A stretch of DNA of 63,326 nucleotides, the filler included, from Collodictyon triciliatum (Eukaryota): the NCBI GenBank assembly GCA_043381765.1. It is 4 parts of 4 records of this genome, joined end to end, with 100 filler letters (N's around TTAATTAATTAA, not from the genome) between each part and the next. Parts side by side here need not be neighbours in the genome. Positions count along the whole stretch, not along the records: positions 39,171 to 58,628 come from JBHJMP010001299.1; positions 58,729 to 63,326 come from JBHJMP010001365.1; 2 more parts are not named here. One strand, given 5' to 3'. The position numbers and the translations under genes were made by a program. Position 1 is the first letter of the stretch. The number at the start of each line of letters is the position of its first letter. Below are positions 51,652 through 63,326 of the stretch, one piece after another. The notes beneath the pieces are model-generated. The model made no database searches. It worked only from the letters and a program-made list of their open reading frames with translations, and was not told the DNA's origin.

Positions 51652-54225
51652 ATTGTTTGGATATTCAACTAGTCTGCCGAAATAACACTATATTTGGGCC
51701 CGTCATAACCATATCTATTGCGAGGTCACTTTGGTAATAGTGTTAAATTATATCGCTAGGTTTTGACGTGACAAAGTCTGGTGATGCACGAATCGGATTG
51801 ATTGGTAGGTTATCTTTCGTTGCAATCGGGTTATTGTATGCCTACATCCCAGTAACTGAAGTCCACATTCTTTGAAACAAATATCGTCCTCACTTTTCAA
51901 TTTTAAACATTAATAGGATTCCCATCAGTCGGAAAGTCTACTTTGCTAACCAAGTTGACAAACACTATTTCAGAAGTGGCTAGTTATGAGTTTACAACAC
52001 TCACAGCCATCCCTGGTGTTATTCAATACAAAGGCTCCAAGATTCAAGTATCATTTGCTAAACACACGAATCCACTTTTCCATCACAAATAATACGCCTG
52101 TTTTATCTGTTCCTAGAAAAAAATCTATAAATATGTAGATAATGAACCTACTAACATCGCGCATTATGAATTCTCCCCTTTTTTTTTTAAGTGATATATC
52201 ATTGGGTTCAATATGATGTAGTTGATCGATCTTCCTGGAATCATCGAAGGAGCAAAAGACGGCAAAGGTCGTGGTCGTCAAGTTATTGCTGTAGCGCGTA
52301 CATGTAATCTGATTATGATAGTCCTTGATGCCTTAAAACCAGTTACGCATAAGAAAATCATCGAGGTACCTATACAGATGATAATTAGAAATATGATTGT
52401 ACTATTATTCAATTATTTTTTTTTACGATAAGATTCATAATTAAAAACGATATTAATGATAACCTGTTTACATATTTATTATTTTATTTTACTTATTTAA
52501 TTTGATCCATGGCCTCATTTGATTGATTTTTCCAAAAACAACAACCCTCCACTCTTTAATTCAACGTAAATATGTTTTTTTTATTTATTTATTTTAGAAA
52601 GAATTGGAAGGATTTGGAATTCGTCTTAATAAACAGCCGCCTCATATCATCTTCAAGAAGAAAGAGAAGGGAGGAATTAATTTCACCTCTACAGTGCATT
52701 TAACCCAAATTGATGAAGCCACCGTCAAGGCCATTCTTACAGAATACAAGATTCATAATGCCGATGTCCACTTCCGAGCTGATGCTTCTGCTGATGAGCT
52801 TATTGATCTTATCGAAGGAAATCGGTATTCTTTTATTATTATTTTAATAATTTCGTCCCTCTCAAATGAGAAGAAGAAATTACACAGATTGTGTGCAGGG
52901 TCTCTGAATGTCAACAACAGCTACATTGAACTATCCGTATCTACATAAATATTTATTTTTTTATTTAATTATGCAACTAAATTATTATATATCTTAATGG
53001 CGATGTATTTTTATAAAAATAATTAGTATTTATGTTCCCTGCATCTACGCTCTGAACAAGATCGATCAAATTACTATCGAAGAACTGGACGTCCTAGACA
53101 AGTTGCCTCATTATTGCCCAATTTCAGGTTCGATTCATACCCTTTACATTAATGTTTCTATTTATTCTACCAAGTCCACATTTTGTGCCATGTAACCCTG
53201 GTAATTTTTCAAGTATATGTGGATGAATGCCATTTATCTTAAAGAGGGACCTGGTTCAATTTTTTGGGGCGTTGTTTCTCTTATTGAATTATCTTCTAAT
53301 TATCTTTTTTTTTCTCATATTTAATTACCAATTACTCACTAGCCCACCACATGTGGAACCTGGACAGCTTGCTGGATATGATTTGGGAGTACCTCAGCCT
53401 CGTTCGCATGTAAATATGATTCCCTCTGTACAATATTATGTTTCTTTCCCCTTTTCCTCCCTTTTTTCGCTTTCCTTTTTTTTTCTCTCTCTCTCTCCCT
53501 CTTTCTCTCTTTCTCTCTTTCTCTCTTTCTCTCTTTCTCTCTTTCTCTCTTTCTCTCTTTCTCTCTTTCTCTCTTTCTCTCTTTCTCTCTTTCTCTCTTT
53601 CTCTCTTTCTCTTTTCGTATCTTCTGAGGTTCCCTAACATTCAAATCCTAATCGCATGGTTGTCCAGCTATACCAAACCCCGCGGACAAATTCCCGACTA
53701 CACCGCTCCCGTCGTTCTCCGCACGGAGAAAAGCACTGTCGCGGACTTTTGTCTTCGAATCCACAAGGCTATGCTCAAGGACTTCAAATAGTGAGATTTA
53801 GTTTTTGTTTTTCTTTTATTCATTGTTAAGGACTTTTTTTTTCTTGGAAAATAAAATTCTCCCGCTCTGTATAATAATCGTAAAAGTACCTTTTCATGCA
53901 ATAATAATTAGTGAATGTATGTATAAAAACACACCCACTACTTTTGGACTTAATCCTTAATTTACAACTACAGCGCAATGGTCTGGGGCTCGTCTGTGAA
54001 GCACAACCCTCAAAAGGTTGGCAAGGAACACCAGCTCAACGATGAAGACGTCGTTCAAATTATCAAAAAGTATGTCTGCCTTTACCACAACCGGTCAAGA
54101 AACCCCCCAACCTCAACCTCGCTCAATTAGATTATCATACAGGCATATTGATTTTGCTAATATTCAAGCACTTTCTCGCTTTCAACCTACTAACAAATGG
54201 AATTTTATCACCTCTCCACAGATAA
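51210..54225 (+). CDS. DRG1: Developmentally regulated GTP-binding protein 1, multi-exon
   Basis: [84 protein letters not shown] and [17 protein letters not shown]. Confidence 0.95.
51548..51651. repeat. (TTTC)n microsatellite, DRG1 intron
   Basis: Direct inspection. Confidence 0.95.
53483..53612. repeat. (TTTCTCTC)n microsatellite, DRG1 intron
   Basis: Direct inspection. Confidence 0.95.
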
Positions 54226-54607
54226 TTAAAAAAAAAAATGAGGAAGAGAGGGGACAGTAAGGGCATGTGTGATGGGCATATATATCTTCCACCCAACATC
54301 AAACCCACAACAACATTAACAGCCCAGCCCATTTACCAGAAGAGAAGAAGAACCCCACGACTGCACATTCACCACGGATTCAGAAATACGCCGAGACAAG
54401 ACAAAAAAAAAACTATTATCAAAACCAAAAATAAAACAGACACACAGAAACAGTATTACCCACCAACCAATCGGACTGGCAACACACAAATACCCTCATT
54501 TATCTTAAAAGGAGGAAGAATGATAACAAGAGAGCGAGACGATGTCAAGAGAGGCCACAGAGACGCGATGCAATGCAATGCAATGCAATGCAACCGAGCT
54601 GCGGAGG

Positions 54608-55468
54608 TCAGGGGCCGTCGGGGAAGCAGAACCGCTCGCACGCGCGCAGGAAGAGCGGGACGCGGGGGTCGGGGTGGGGGAGGGCCTCGGCCAGGGCGGC
54701 GGGGGTGAGGCCGGCGGCGTTGCGGAGGGCNNNNNNNNNNNNNNNNNNNNNNNNNNNNNNNNNNNNNNNNNNNNNNNNNNNNNNNNNNNNNNNNNNNNNN
54801 NNNNNNNNNNNNNNNNNNNNNNNNNNNNNNNNNNNNNNNNNNNNNNNNNNNNNNNNNNNNNNNNNNNNNNNNNNNNNNNNNNNNNNNNNNNNNNNNNNNN
54901 NNNNNNNNNNNNNNNNNNNNNNNNNNNNNNNNNNNNNNNNNNNNNNNNNNNNNNNNNNNNNNNNNNNNNNNNNNNNNNNNNNNNNNNNNNNNNNNNNNNN
55001 NNNNNNNNNNNNNNNNNNNNNNNNNNNNNNNNNNNNNNNNNNNNNNNNNNNNNNNNNNNNNNNNNNNNNNNNNNNNNNNNNNNNNNNNNNNNNNNNNNNN
55101 NNNNNNNNNNNNNNNNNNNNNNNNNNNNNNNNNNNNNNNNNNNNNNNNNNNNNNNNNNNNNNNNNNNNNNNNNNNNNNNNNNNNNNNNNNNNNNNNNNNN
55201 NNNNNNNNNNNNNNNNNNNNNNNNNNNNNNNNNNNNNNNNNNNNNNNNNNNNNNNNNCCCCGCGTCCAGCGCAGCCCCCGCGTCCAGCACCAGACGCACC
55301 AGCGCCACGCCGCCCCCTGCTGTCCCCGCACACACGTGCACCAGGCTCTGCCCCGTCGCCCCGTCGCGCCACGCCGCAGCCGCCCGCCCCACCCCCCCGG
55401 CCGCCCGCCCCGCCCCTCCGCCCTGCAGCAGCCCCACAAGCAGCCCCGTCCCGGCCTCCCTCTGCCCC
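54608..55468 (-). CDS. Ankyrin-repeat protein, partial fragments between N gaps, very GC-rich
   Basis: DGATGQSLVHVCA..VALVRLVLDAGAALDA and LRNAAGLTPAALA are ankyrin-like motifs. Confidence 0.55.
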   Translation of the reverse strand, partial: GAEGGRDGAACGAAAGRRGGAGGRGGGAGGCGVARRGDGAEPGARVCGDSRGRRGAGASGAGRGGCAGRGXXXXXXXXXXXXXXXXXXXXXXXXXXXXXXXXXXXXXXXXXXXXXXXXXXXXXXXXXXXXXXXXXXXXXXXXXXXXXXXXXXXXXXXXXXXXXXXXXXXXXXXXXXXXXXXXXXXXXXXXXXXXXXXXXXXXXXXXXXXXXXXXXXXXXXXXXXXXXXXXXXXXXXXXXXXXXXXXALRNAAGLTPAALAEALPHPDPRVPLFLRACERFCFPDGP

Positions 55469-56056
55469 NNNNNNNNNNNNNNNNNNNNNNNNNNNNNNNN
55501 NNNNNNNNNNNNNNNNNNNNNNNNNNNNNNNNNNNNNNNNNNNNNNNNNNNNNNNNNNNNNNNNNNNNNNNNNNNNNNNNNNNNNNNNNNNNNNNNNNNN
55601 NNNNNNNNNNNNNNNNNNNNNNNNNNNNNNNNNNNNNNNNNNNNNNNNNNNNNNNNNNNNNNNNNNNNNNNNNNNNNNNNNNNNNNNNNNNNNNNNNNNN
55701 NNNNNNNNNNNNNNNNNNNNNNNNNNNNNNNNNNNNNNNNNNNNNNNNNNNNNNNNNNNNNNNNNNNNNNNNNNNNNNNNNNNNNNNNNNNNNNNNNNNN
55801 NNNNNNNNNTGTTTGTTTGTTTGTTTGTTTGTTTGTTTGTTTGTTTGTTTGTTTGTTTGCTTGTTTATTTACATGCATCCATATTTTGTTTGTTTGTTTA
55901 TTTACATGCATCCATATTTTTTTTTTGTTTGTTTGTTTGTATGTTTGTTTTTTTTAATGAAAAAAAAGCGGTGTGGAACACTTTATTTTCTGGAGATGAA
56001 ATTATTAGAAAAGTAAATAATAATTATGCCTGCCTCAGAAACATAATTCATTAAAG

Positions 56057-57503
56057 GCATCGCTTCTTCACATATTATAAAACAGAGGAAGAATTCCAGC
56101 TCATCGAGAAAGCTTTGCATGCTCACTGGATCCACGAACCCATCGAAATTCACGAGCAAGTCGGTAAAGGTACCTACGGAACAGTCTACAAAACTCAAAA
56201 ACGTGTTAAAGACAGAGAGACTGTGGTAAAAATGCAAGTAATCCACAAGGTTGATGGAATGTCTGTCGAAGAAGTGATGCGTTCCATGATACTAGAGTGC
56301 CAGTTTATGCTTGAATGCAATGGGTCCCCTAATGTCGTGCAGCTATTTCATGTTTATCGCTCCGAGCGCAATTTCTGTATGCTTATGGAGTATGCTGGAG
56401 TATCTCTGAAAGACTTAATGGAGGGCCCTTCACCACCCACGTTTAAATCGTCACAAGTGGTCGAATATACCAAGCAGATATGCCAAGGTATTCTCTTTAT
56501 GCAATCAAAAGATATATACCACGAAGAACTTATCGCTCAGAATATCATCATCACAAGCAATATAGCAAGGATAACAGATTTCGGTATCGCAAGTCGTCGT
56601 AGCAAAGATAGGGTGGGTTCACACTTGCCCACAAGATTTGGAGACTTAAAAGAAGATGGAACAATAAACTGGCAGGCTCCTGAAATTCACGAGGTGGTCA
56701 GCAAGCCTTACTATGATGATGATTATCTATATGGAGATGACGGAGTGAATATCGGCCATCGCGGTGAGCCCAGTAATGTATATTCTTTGGGGCTGCTGAT
56801 ATGGTACATGTTTGCACGTGCCGAGCCCTTCCTAGGTAGCTCAGATACGCAAAGCTACATAGTACGTGGGTATAGACCTGATATCCCTAAAGATGTGCCA
56901 GCTTCCTTGCATCGACTTATTAAAGCATGTTGGAAACAAAATTACAAGTTGCGGCCAAATTTACGTACCATTTTGAAATATTTGGATATAGTTGAATCGA
57001 ACGATGGCATCGTTCCCAGCGAGCTTATGAATGGTCACTTGCCCATTGAGTATGCTTGTATACTGGATATGTATAAGGGAGAATTCATTGAATACTTATT
57101 GGACCACGGACTGGAAAGCTTATCTGAGAAGATGGGAAATGAATATTGGGTTACAGTAAGCGAGATAGTCGACAGATTGGAACAAAACAGCTTACTACGT
57201 CAGTATCATATAAATTCTGAAGACATAGTGACTTTGGTTGCCTTATCCCACGAGCAAGCTGATGCTCCCAAGGAAGGCGCTCATATTCGATTAGTCCGAG
57301 AGATGAATAAGTTTGAGCTTATTCGTTTTGTCGAAACGAAAAAAGATGGAAATGCTAGAGCACTTATCAATATGATAAAATCTCTTTCATTATCTGGAGA
57401 GATTTTGTCATCCCTCAATAACCATGAAGTCCTTTCAAGGTACTCTGTTCCTATAGAGGAAATCGAACGAGCTTCTAACTTGATATCCCAAAGTATGCAA
57501 TAA
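56057..57503 (+). CDS. TKL-like protein kinase or pseudokinase with C-terminal SAM-like helical repeats; single large exon, start uncertain
   Basis: VGKGTYGTVY, VVK, HEELIAQN, ITDFG, WQAPE, NVYSLG and CW..RP. Confidence 0.82.
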
Positions 57504-58426
57504 CGCGGTAATACCACGACACAGGACACCATATGAATGCAGAATAAGAATTACAATCGAGGTTCTTGCATTTTTATATGTTTTTGTGGTTGCTTCAAGA
57601 TTATATTCGTTTCTTTTATCTATATTTTTCCTGAATATAAATTATTCCCTCAATTCAAACGAGTCCTATTTTTAGACCATTTTTGCCTGTGTATTTGTCG
57701 TTTTCATTCACTTTGATGCTAATTCAAATGATTAAATCATATTTCAGAGACTTTAAATATGCTGGTAAATGAATAAATATGCATTGCAGGATATTCTACA
57801 TGCCCAGAAAGGGCGCTCTGATAGGCTGAAGGGGGTTTCTAGCATCGTTCCTCCGGGACATAATAAACTTAAAAATCTAGTGACACTGACAGAAAATTCA
57901 TGGTCATTTACTGAGCCGATAATGGGCTGCTAGAATATGAAAAATTATATAGAATGAAAATAGCAAAAGTTCTCGTGCTTAATTTGATACCAAACAGTAA
58001 TACTATTTATAATAATATACAGAATACCATTTTAACCAACAAATTTATGCCATAATGACAATTCTCTTCAACGAATATCTGATATGTCAATGCCCATTCA
58101 AAACCAAATTAGCTTCAGTCCTCTGTGTATTTGTTATCGAGAAAGTATGTAAATTTGATAGTGAGCATATGTATGAACATCCAGTGTATTATCTTGTTTT
58201 TTAAGGAGGTCTTGAAATAGTATGAATATCGAGCGCCAGAGGATTGTGACATGGACACAATGTCAGTGGATGAGAAAAGCGAGAGAAGAGCCCTACCAGG
58301 AAACTGTAAGTGCAGGAGAAGCGACTGGCAGGTGCGTGTGGTAATAGAGCGGCCGTGATATGCAATTACTGGGAAGGTATTGAGGTCAGTGGTGACATTT
58401 TTTTTTGTTGCTCATATATTTTTTTG

Positions 58427-58528
<102 letters not shown>

Positions 58529-58628
58529 TTGGGGATGAGTGAGACAGATACGCCGACAGATGCAATGGTTAACGAAGCAAAGGGCACAGTACAATTTTTT
58601 TTATTCTAAAAGTCTTAGCTGTTGAGCC

Positions 58629-58728
58629 NNNNNNNNNNNNNNNNNNNNNNNNNNNNNNNNNNNNNNNNNNNNTTAATTAATTAANNNNNNNNNNNNNNNN
58701 NNNNNNNNNNNNNNNNNNNNNNNNNNNN
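58629..58728. other. Artificial contig-joining spacer
   Basis: Same N44-TTAATTAATTAA-N44 pattern. Confidence 0.95.
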
Positions 58729-58909
58729 TTTTTTTTTTTTTTGTTTTTTTTTGTTTTTTTCTGTTTTTTTCTGTTTTTTTCTGTTTTTTTCTGTTTTTTT
58801 CTGTTTTTTTCTGTTTTTTAAATAGGTCGGTGGTGTCTGATTCAGAGGAAGCCTTCGGCTATCATCATCTTGCCGGGAAAAAAAAAGCTTATCCCAGCAC
58901 TCATTTGAC

Positions 58910-59259
58910 CTGGTCCCACAGAACGATCCACAAACTCTTTGACGTGTTGTGCTTGGCAACTTCCTCCCAAGTGTAGACTTTGGATGGCTTCACGTTGATC
59001 GGCTCTACATAGGTTGTCATAGGCGGCTGCTCTGGGGGCAAGGCGTAGTCTAGCCAAAGGAATTATCGTTTGAGCTGCGTAAAACAGCAAAGCAGCAAAA
59101 AGCCATTAAGGTTAGTTCTCGAGCTGATTTACCTTCAAACTCAAACTCAAACTCAAACTAAAACTCAAACTAAGACTAAAACTAAAACTAAAATAAAAAC
59201 TGATACTAATGCTCATACTCCTGCAGTTTTCCCTACTTACGCCAGGAAATAAGCAACAT
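58910..59259 (-). CDS. Cytochrome b5-like heme-binding domain gene, 5' fragment running off the contig end
   Basis: Exon 59050-58910 reads ..PSKVYTWEEVAKHNTSKSLWIVLWDQ and is followed by a GT donor. This frame is not in the ORF track. The first exon is tentative. Confidence 0.65.
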
Positions 59260-59601
59260 GCATGTTTCTCCCAGGCTTCTGTGGCAAAAAGAGGAAAAGG
59301 TGATGGCTGCAAAACAAGAAAGCGCGAAAGCAAACTTCTTGGACTGGAAAATGCCCTTTTTAAGCGAAACTCCGTTTTATCTATAACTGGATGAGGGAGG
59401 AATGAGTTTTCTTCTAGATGTATCGCCCCCTTTTTGTGTGGTTTTGTGCGGGTGGAGCAACAGACCAAACCCCAAAACCCATTCGGCAGGGGCGTTCGTG
59501 TTAAAACTTCAGATACTGAGATGACCCGTGTCGACTTCGATAGTTATAGGTTTATACTGCATCGTTCAAAACCCCATAGGGGGGGCAACAGAGATGCCAT
59601 T

Positions 59602-61462
59602 TTAGGTTGGTTGGCTAGATGTCTTTATCTTTAGATGTTCTGTGTCGGTTCTCGAAGGACTTAAAGATGGCATACTTAGATGAGGCCGGCATAAGGAACA
59701 GAAAAGGTGAATCAGAATGATTTATGGGTTAAGCGAGAAGGAGGGAGAGAGAGGAAATATTAAAATGGTGGTACGGAAGTTGAGGCAAACCAATGGAGTG
59801 TTACTTATATCCATAGTCTTGGTCAAAATTGTCATCATCATCATCATGTTGCGCTCGAACATCGCTTCTGCGATGAAGTGAGCCGTTGGCTCTGGCTCCG
59901 GCTCCGGCTCCGGAATTGGGGTTGGGATGACCGAATGTTTTTCTGACCTGCTGATAAGTCAGCTGCCATTGCGCTCTCTCTTCGTCTCGATGTTGNNNNN
60001 NNNNNNNNNNNNNNNNNNNNNNNNNNNNNNNNNNNNNNNNNNNNNNNNNNNNNNNNNNNNNNNNNNNNNNNNNNNNNNNNNNNNNNNNNNNNNNNNNNNN
60101 NNNNNNNNNNNNNNNNNNNNNNNNNNNNNNNNNNNNNNNNNNNNNNNNNNNNNNNNNNNNNNNNNNNNNNNNNNNNNNNNNNNNNNNNNNNNNNNNNNNN
60201 NNNNNNNNNNNNNNNNNNNNNNNNNNNNNNNNNNNNNNNNNNNNNNNNNNNNNNNNNNNNNNNNNNNNNNNNNNNNNNNNNNNNNNNNNNNNNNNNNNNN
60301 NNNNNNNNNNNNNNNNNNNNNNNNNNNNNNNNNNNNNNNNNNNNNNNNNNNNNNNNNNNNNNNNNNNNNNNNNNNNNNNNNNNNNNNNNNNNNNNNNNNN
60401 NNNNNNNNNNNNNNNNNNNNNNNNNNNNNNNNNNNNNNNNNNNNNNNNNNNNNNNNNNNNNNNNNNNNNNNNNNNNNNNNNNNNNNNNNNNNNNNNNNNN
60501 NNNNNNNNNNNNNNNNNNNNNNNNNNNNNNNNNNNNNNNNNNNNNNNNNNNNNNNNNNNNNNNNNNNNNNNNNNNNNNNNNNNNNNNNNNNNNNNNNNNN
60601 NNNNNNNNNNNAAAAGTACAGACTCGTTTACAAACCCTGTCTATTTGACTCGCCTCAATGGCTCGCTCCATTTGACTTTGGGTTGCCAAAGCCTCCTCCA
60701 TCTGATGCTGCCCCTCTCTACGCAAATCGCGCAGTCTATTAATTTCTTCCGAGAATCTAAAAAGCCAATTTGTGAAGTAAGGATAGATTGCTGCATCCAG
60801 ACAAGTATGTTGTTGTATTGAGTATAATTTTGAATATTTATCACCGTTTCCTTTCGACATCACGTTCAGCCGTCATTTCGATTAGTATTTCCTGCAAATC
60901 GGCTTGATATGGAAAATTATCGAAATGTTAATCAGTTCGCCAGCCAATATGGCCTCAAAAGAGACAGGGTTGGGTACCACTTCATCGTATAATCTCTAAT
61001 TTTAAATTCATTTTTCAAGATGAGGGGAGAGTGGCTTGAGAGAAAACTCTAACCAGTATTATTTGAATGAATATACCTTTGAGTCTTACGTTGGTTCTTC
61101 GGTCACTCCATGTGGATGATTTTAGCGACTCTTGGTGCTGGTCGAGAACATCTAGGATTGATAAGACCGCCTTGCTGATTGCAGCATCGACGGGTTGACT
61201 TGTATAATCGCTCTTGAAAATCAGGAAGATATGTCAATTGGTAATTGAAAAATTTATATAAATGGTAACTAGAGCCAGGATAGTTGCTCAATCATCAAAA
61301 CGGTCTCAAGCATTTGAAGTTAACAAAAAATTACATAGTCCACATTTTTTCCAATGGAAATTTTCCCTTTTTCAGAATATCCTAAAACATAATTCAAATA
61401 TGTGGAAGATGTATCAGGATATGATATATCAAACTTTCATATTAGAAAAATATTCAAACAAA

Positions 61463-61505
<43 letters not shown>

Positions 61506-63132
61506 ATAGACGAATAAACAGACAAATAAACAGACAAATAAACAGACAAATAAATAAATAGACAAATAAATAGACGAATAAATAGACAAATAAACAGACA
61601 AATAAATAGACAAATAAACAGACAAATAAATAGACAAATAAACAGACAAATAAACAGACAAATAAACAGACAAATAAACAGACAAATAAACAGACAAATA
61701 AACAAATAAATAAATAAAAAATCATAAAACACACAAAAAACCAATTGTTTAAAATTGGCCTACTTCAATCAAAAAAAAATTACCACGAGGGTTCTGAGAA
61801 GCATTCAAGGCATTCCATTTGGATGGACTTGTATCTCTGCCTTCATCTGCGAGCGTTTCAGACTCTGTAGGATTAGTTGGTGCTACTGAGCGCACAGGAC
61901 TGATCGATAAGCCCGATTTTCTACAATACAACAATTTCGTTATCAAAACTAAAAGACGGTATGATTGGTTTCAAAAAAAAAATCGCGTTAGGCGTACTGG
62001 TTTGTGGAAGAGACCAGTCTTGGTGTTGCCTCCTCAGTCGGAGCTGCAAAGTATTCGTTTGCCAGTTTTCGCTCATGAATTCTTATGACAGCACCATCTG
62101 AATAAATTTCCTTCAAATCACATATTTGTTCGAGTCTTATTGATGGACTAGGAAATGCGAAATTGCACATTATTCTAAACGGACTATATCAAATTCTAGA
62201 GAGAGATAGGAATACTTAAAAAAAAAATGACTTGTTAGATATAGATATATGAAAGTGCAGTATTTCATCGATGGCATTTTATTGTGGCCAGAAAGTATAG
62301 AATTGTGGCTTCCTTTATACCTAGTTTCTGCAATGATGGGATATGATGAATTGTGAATGCCCTATAGTCTGGATGATTCACTACGGGATTCAGTCGCAAA
62401 TCTAAATCCTTTAAGCGTGTGTTTGACCGCAAAAGGAGGATTTGTTCCAGCTGTGCTATCTTGTTATGGTATCTACAAGAAAATAATGTTTTGCTCATAA
62501 GTCTGAGTATCGACACAGCATTCATAAGCTCGCTCTAGTTGTTTGTTACTAGTGCATAAAAAATTGTTTCAAATTCTGCATAACTATTCGTGCTCGGCCA
62601 TAACATTAAACCAAGTATGATTTTCAATCATGTAAATGAAAAAAGAAAAGAAAAGAAAACTAGAGGGAGAGATAGAGACAAACAAGCTCAGCCTCTCGAG
62701 ATTTGCCAATGACTCGAATCCCTCGAGTGACTCGATTGTGTTTCTTGATAAATCCAGAACCCGGAGTCGAACGAACCCCCCAAAAGAAATCCCTATGGTA
62801 AGTTACATTCTTCAGAAACACCTGCAGAGTGTAATCCGAATATATCCGTCAACATGGCGGTAGCACTTATTCTGGTAAGGGTTTTGGTATCACAACCCTG
62901 ATAGATTGAAAGTTGATGAAAGAAAAGGAAGGCTCCTCTATTCACGCTAAAACGGAAAGTACTTGAATATCCTTTTTGTGAAAAGAGATGTGGAATGGAT
63001 TATCTTTGAAAGCAAACCAACAGATGTTATCTTGACTTCGCGGTGAAGCCCGCCCAAAGAAAGTTCCTCCACATTCTCGATGCGCTGTCCACTGAGGACG
63101 TTTTCTCGGATCCACTTTTCGCTCAGGATCAT
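59602..63132 (-). CDS. CEP72: Centrosomal LRR protein CEP72/LRRC36-like, multi-exon, spans an N gap
   Basis: MILSEKWIR..ELSLGG..KITSVG, LRVLDLSKNTIESLEG..LERLSL/YHNKI, LDLRLNPVV..DYRAF.IHHIPSLQKL/DGAVIRIHERK, then coiled-coil exons. The 3' end is tentative. Confidence 0.7.
61458..61720. repeat. (AAAT)n/(AAATAAACAGAC)n compound repeat, intronic
   Basis: Direct inspection. Confidence 0.92.
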
Positions 63133-63171
63133 CTGCGGATCACATTTCGCTTGAGCTCTTCAGGCTCCGGA

Positions 63172-63326
63172 TCTTTTGTTTCTTTTGTTTCTTTTGTTTC
63201 TTTTGTTGCTTTTGTTGCTTTTGTTGCTTTTGTTGTTTCTTTTGTTGTTTCTTTTGTTGTTTCTTTTGTTGTTTCTTTTGTTGTTTCTTTTGTTGTTTCT
63301 TTTGTTGTTTCTTTTGTTGTTTCTTT
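63172..63326. repeat. (CTTTTGTTGTTT)n-type simple repeat
   Basis: Direct inspection. Confidence 0.92.

Noticed and set aside
52048-52221. DRG1 intron starting GTATCATTT, resembling a U12-type donor
   Set aside because: It mismatches GTATCCTT and has no TCCTTAAC branch site.
54456-56054. Long ORFs with X runs, and poly-K/Y/N/I ORFs elsewhere
   Set aside because: Artefacts of N gaps and microsatellites.
58910-63132. Possible CEP72 - cytochrome b5 fusion
   Set aside because: The best splice model ends the CEP72-like CDS at a TAA at 59602, upstream of the b5 exon.

Overview
This is intron-rich, microsatellite-rich eukaryotic (protist-like) DNA. CFAP96-like, CEP72-like and mitochondrial release-factor genes point to a flagellated organism with mitochondria. 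The window is four contigs joined by artificial 100-nt spacers (N44-TTAATTAATTAA-N44), so gene order across the spacers has no meaning. Genes rebuilt by manual splicing: a ~3410-aa membrane protein made of five tandem DUF2254-like modules, an FHA-parvulin, a GATA factor, an NHL protein, mtRF-R/C12orf65, a secreted bacterial-type alpha/beta hydrolase, a membrane-anchored class I phosphodiesterase, CFAP96, an LRR-SH3like-RING-Bbox-CC-NHL protein, CDC14, DRG1, an ankyrin fragment, a kinase with HRD changed to HEE, a cytochrome b5 fragment and a CEP72-like gene. The two main highlights are (1) the single-chain five-module membrane protein, a candidate pseudo-pentameric channel, and (2) two families of 20-46-nt polyA-tailed insertions, mostly with 15-17-bp target-site duplications, one of which duplicates a splice donor. 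All family assignments come from recalled motifs, not database searches.
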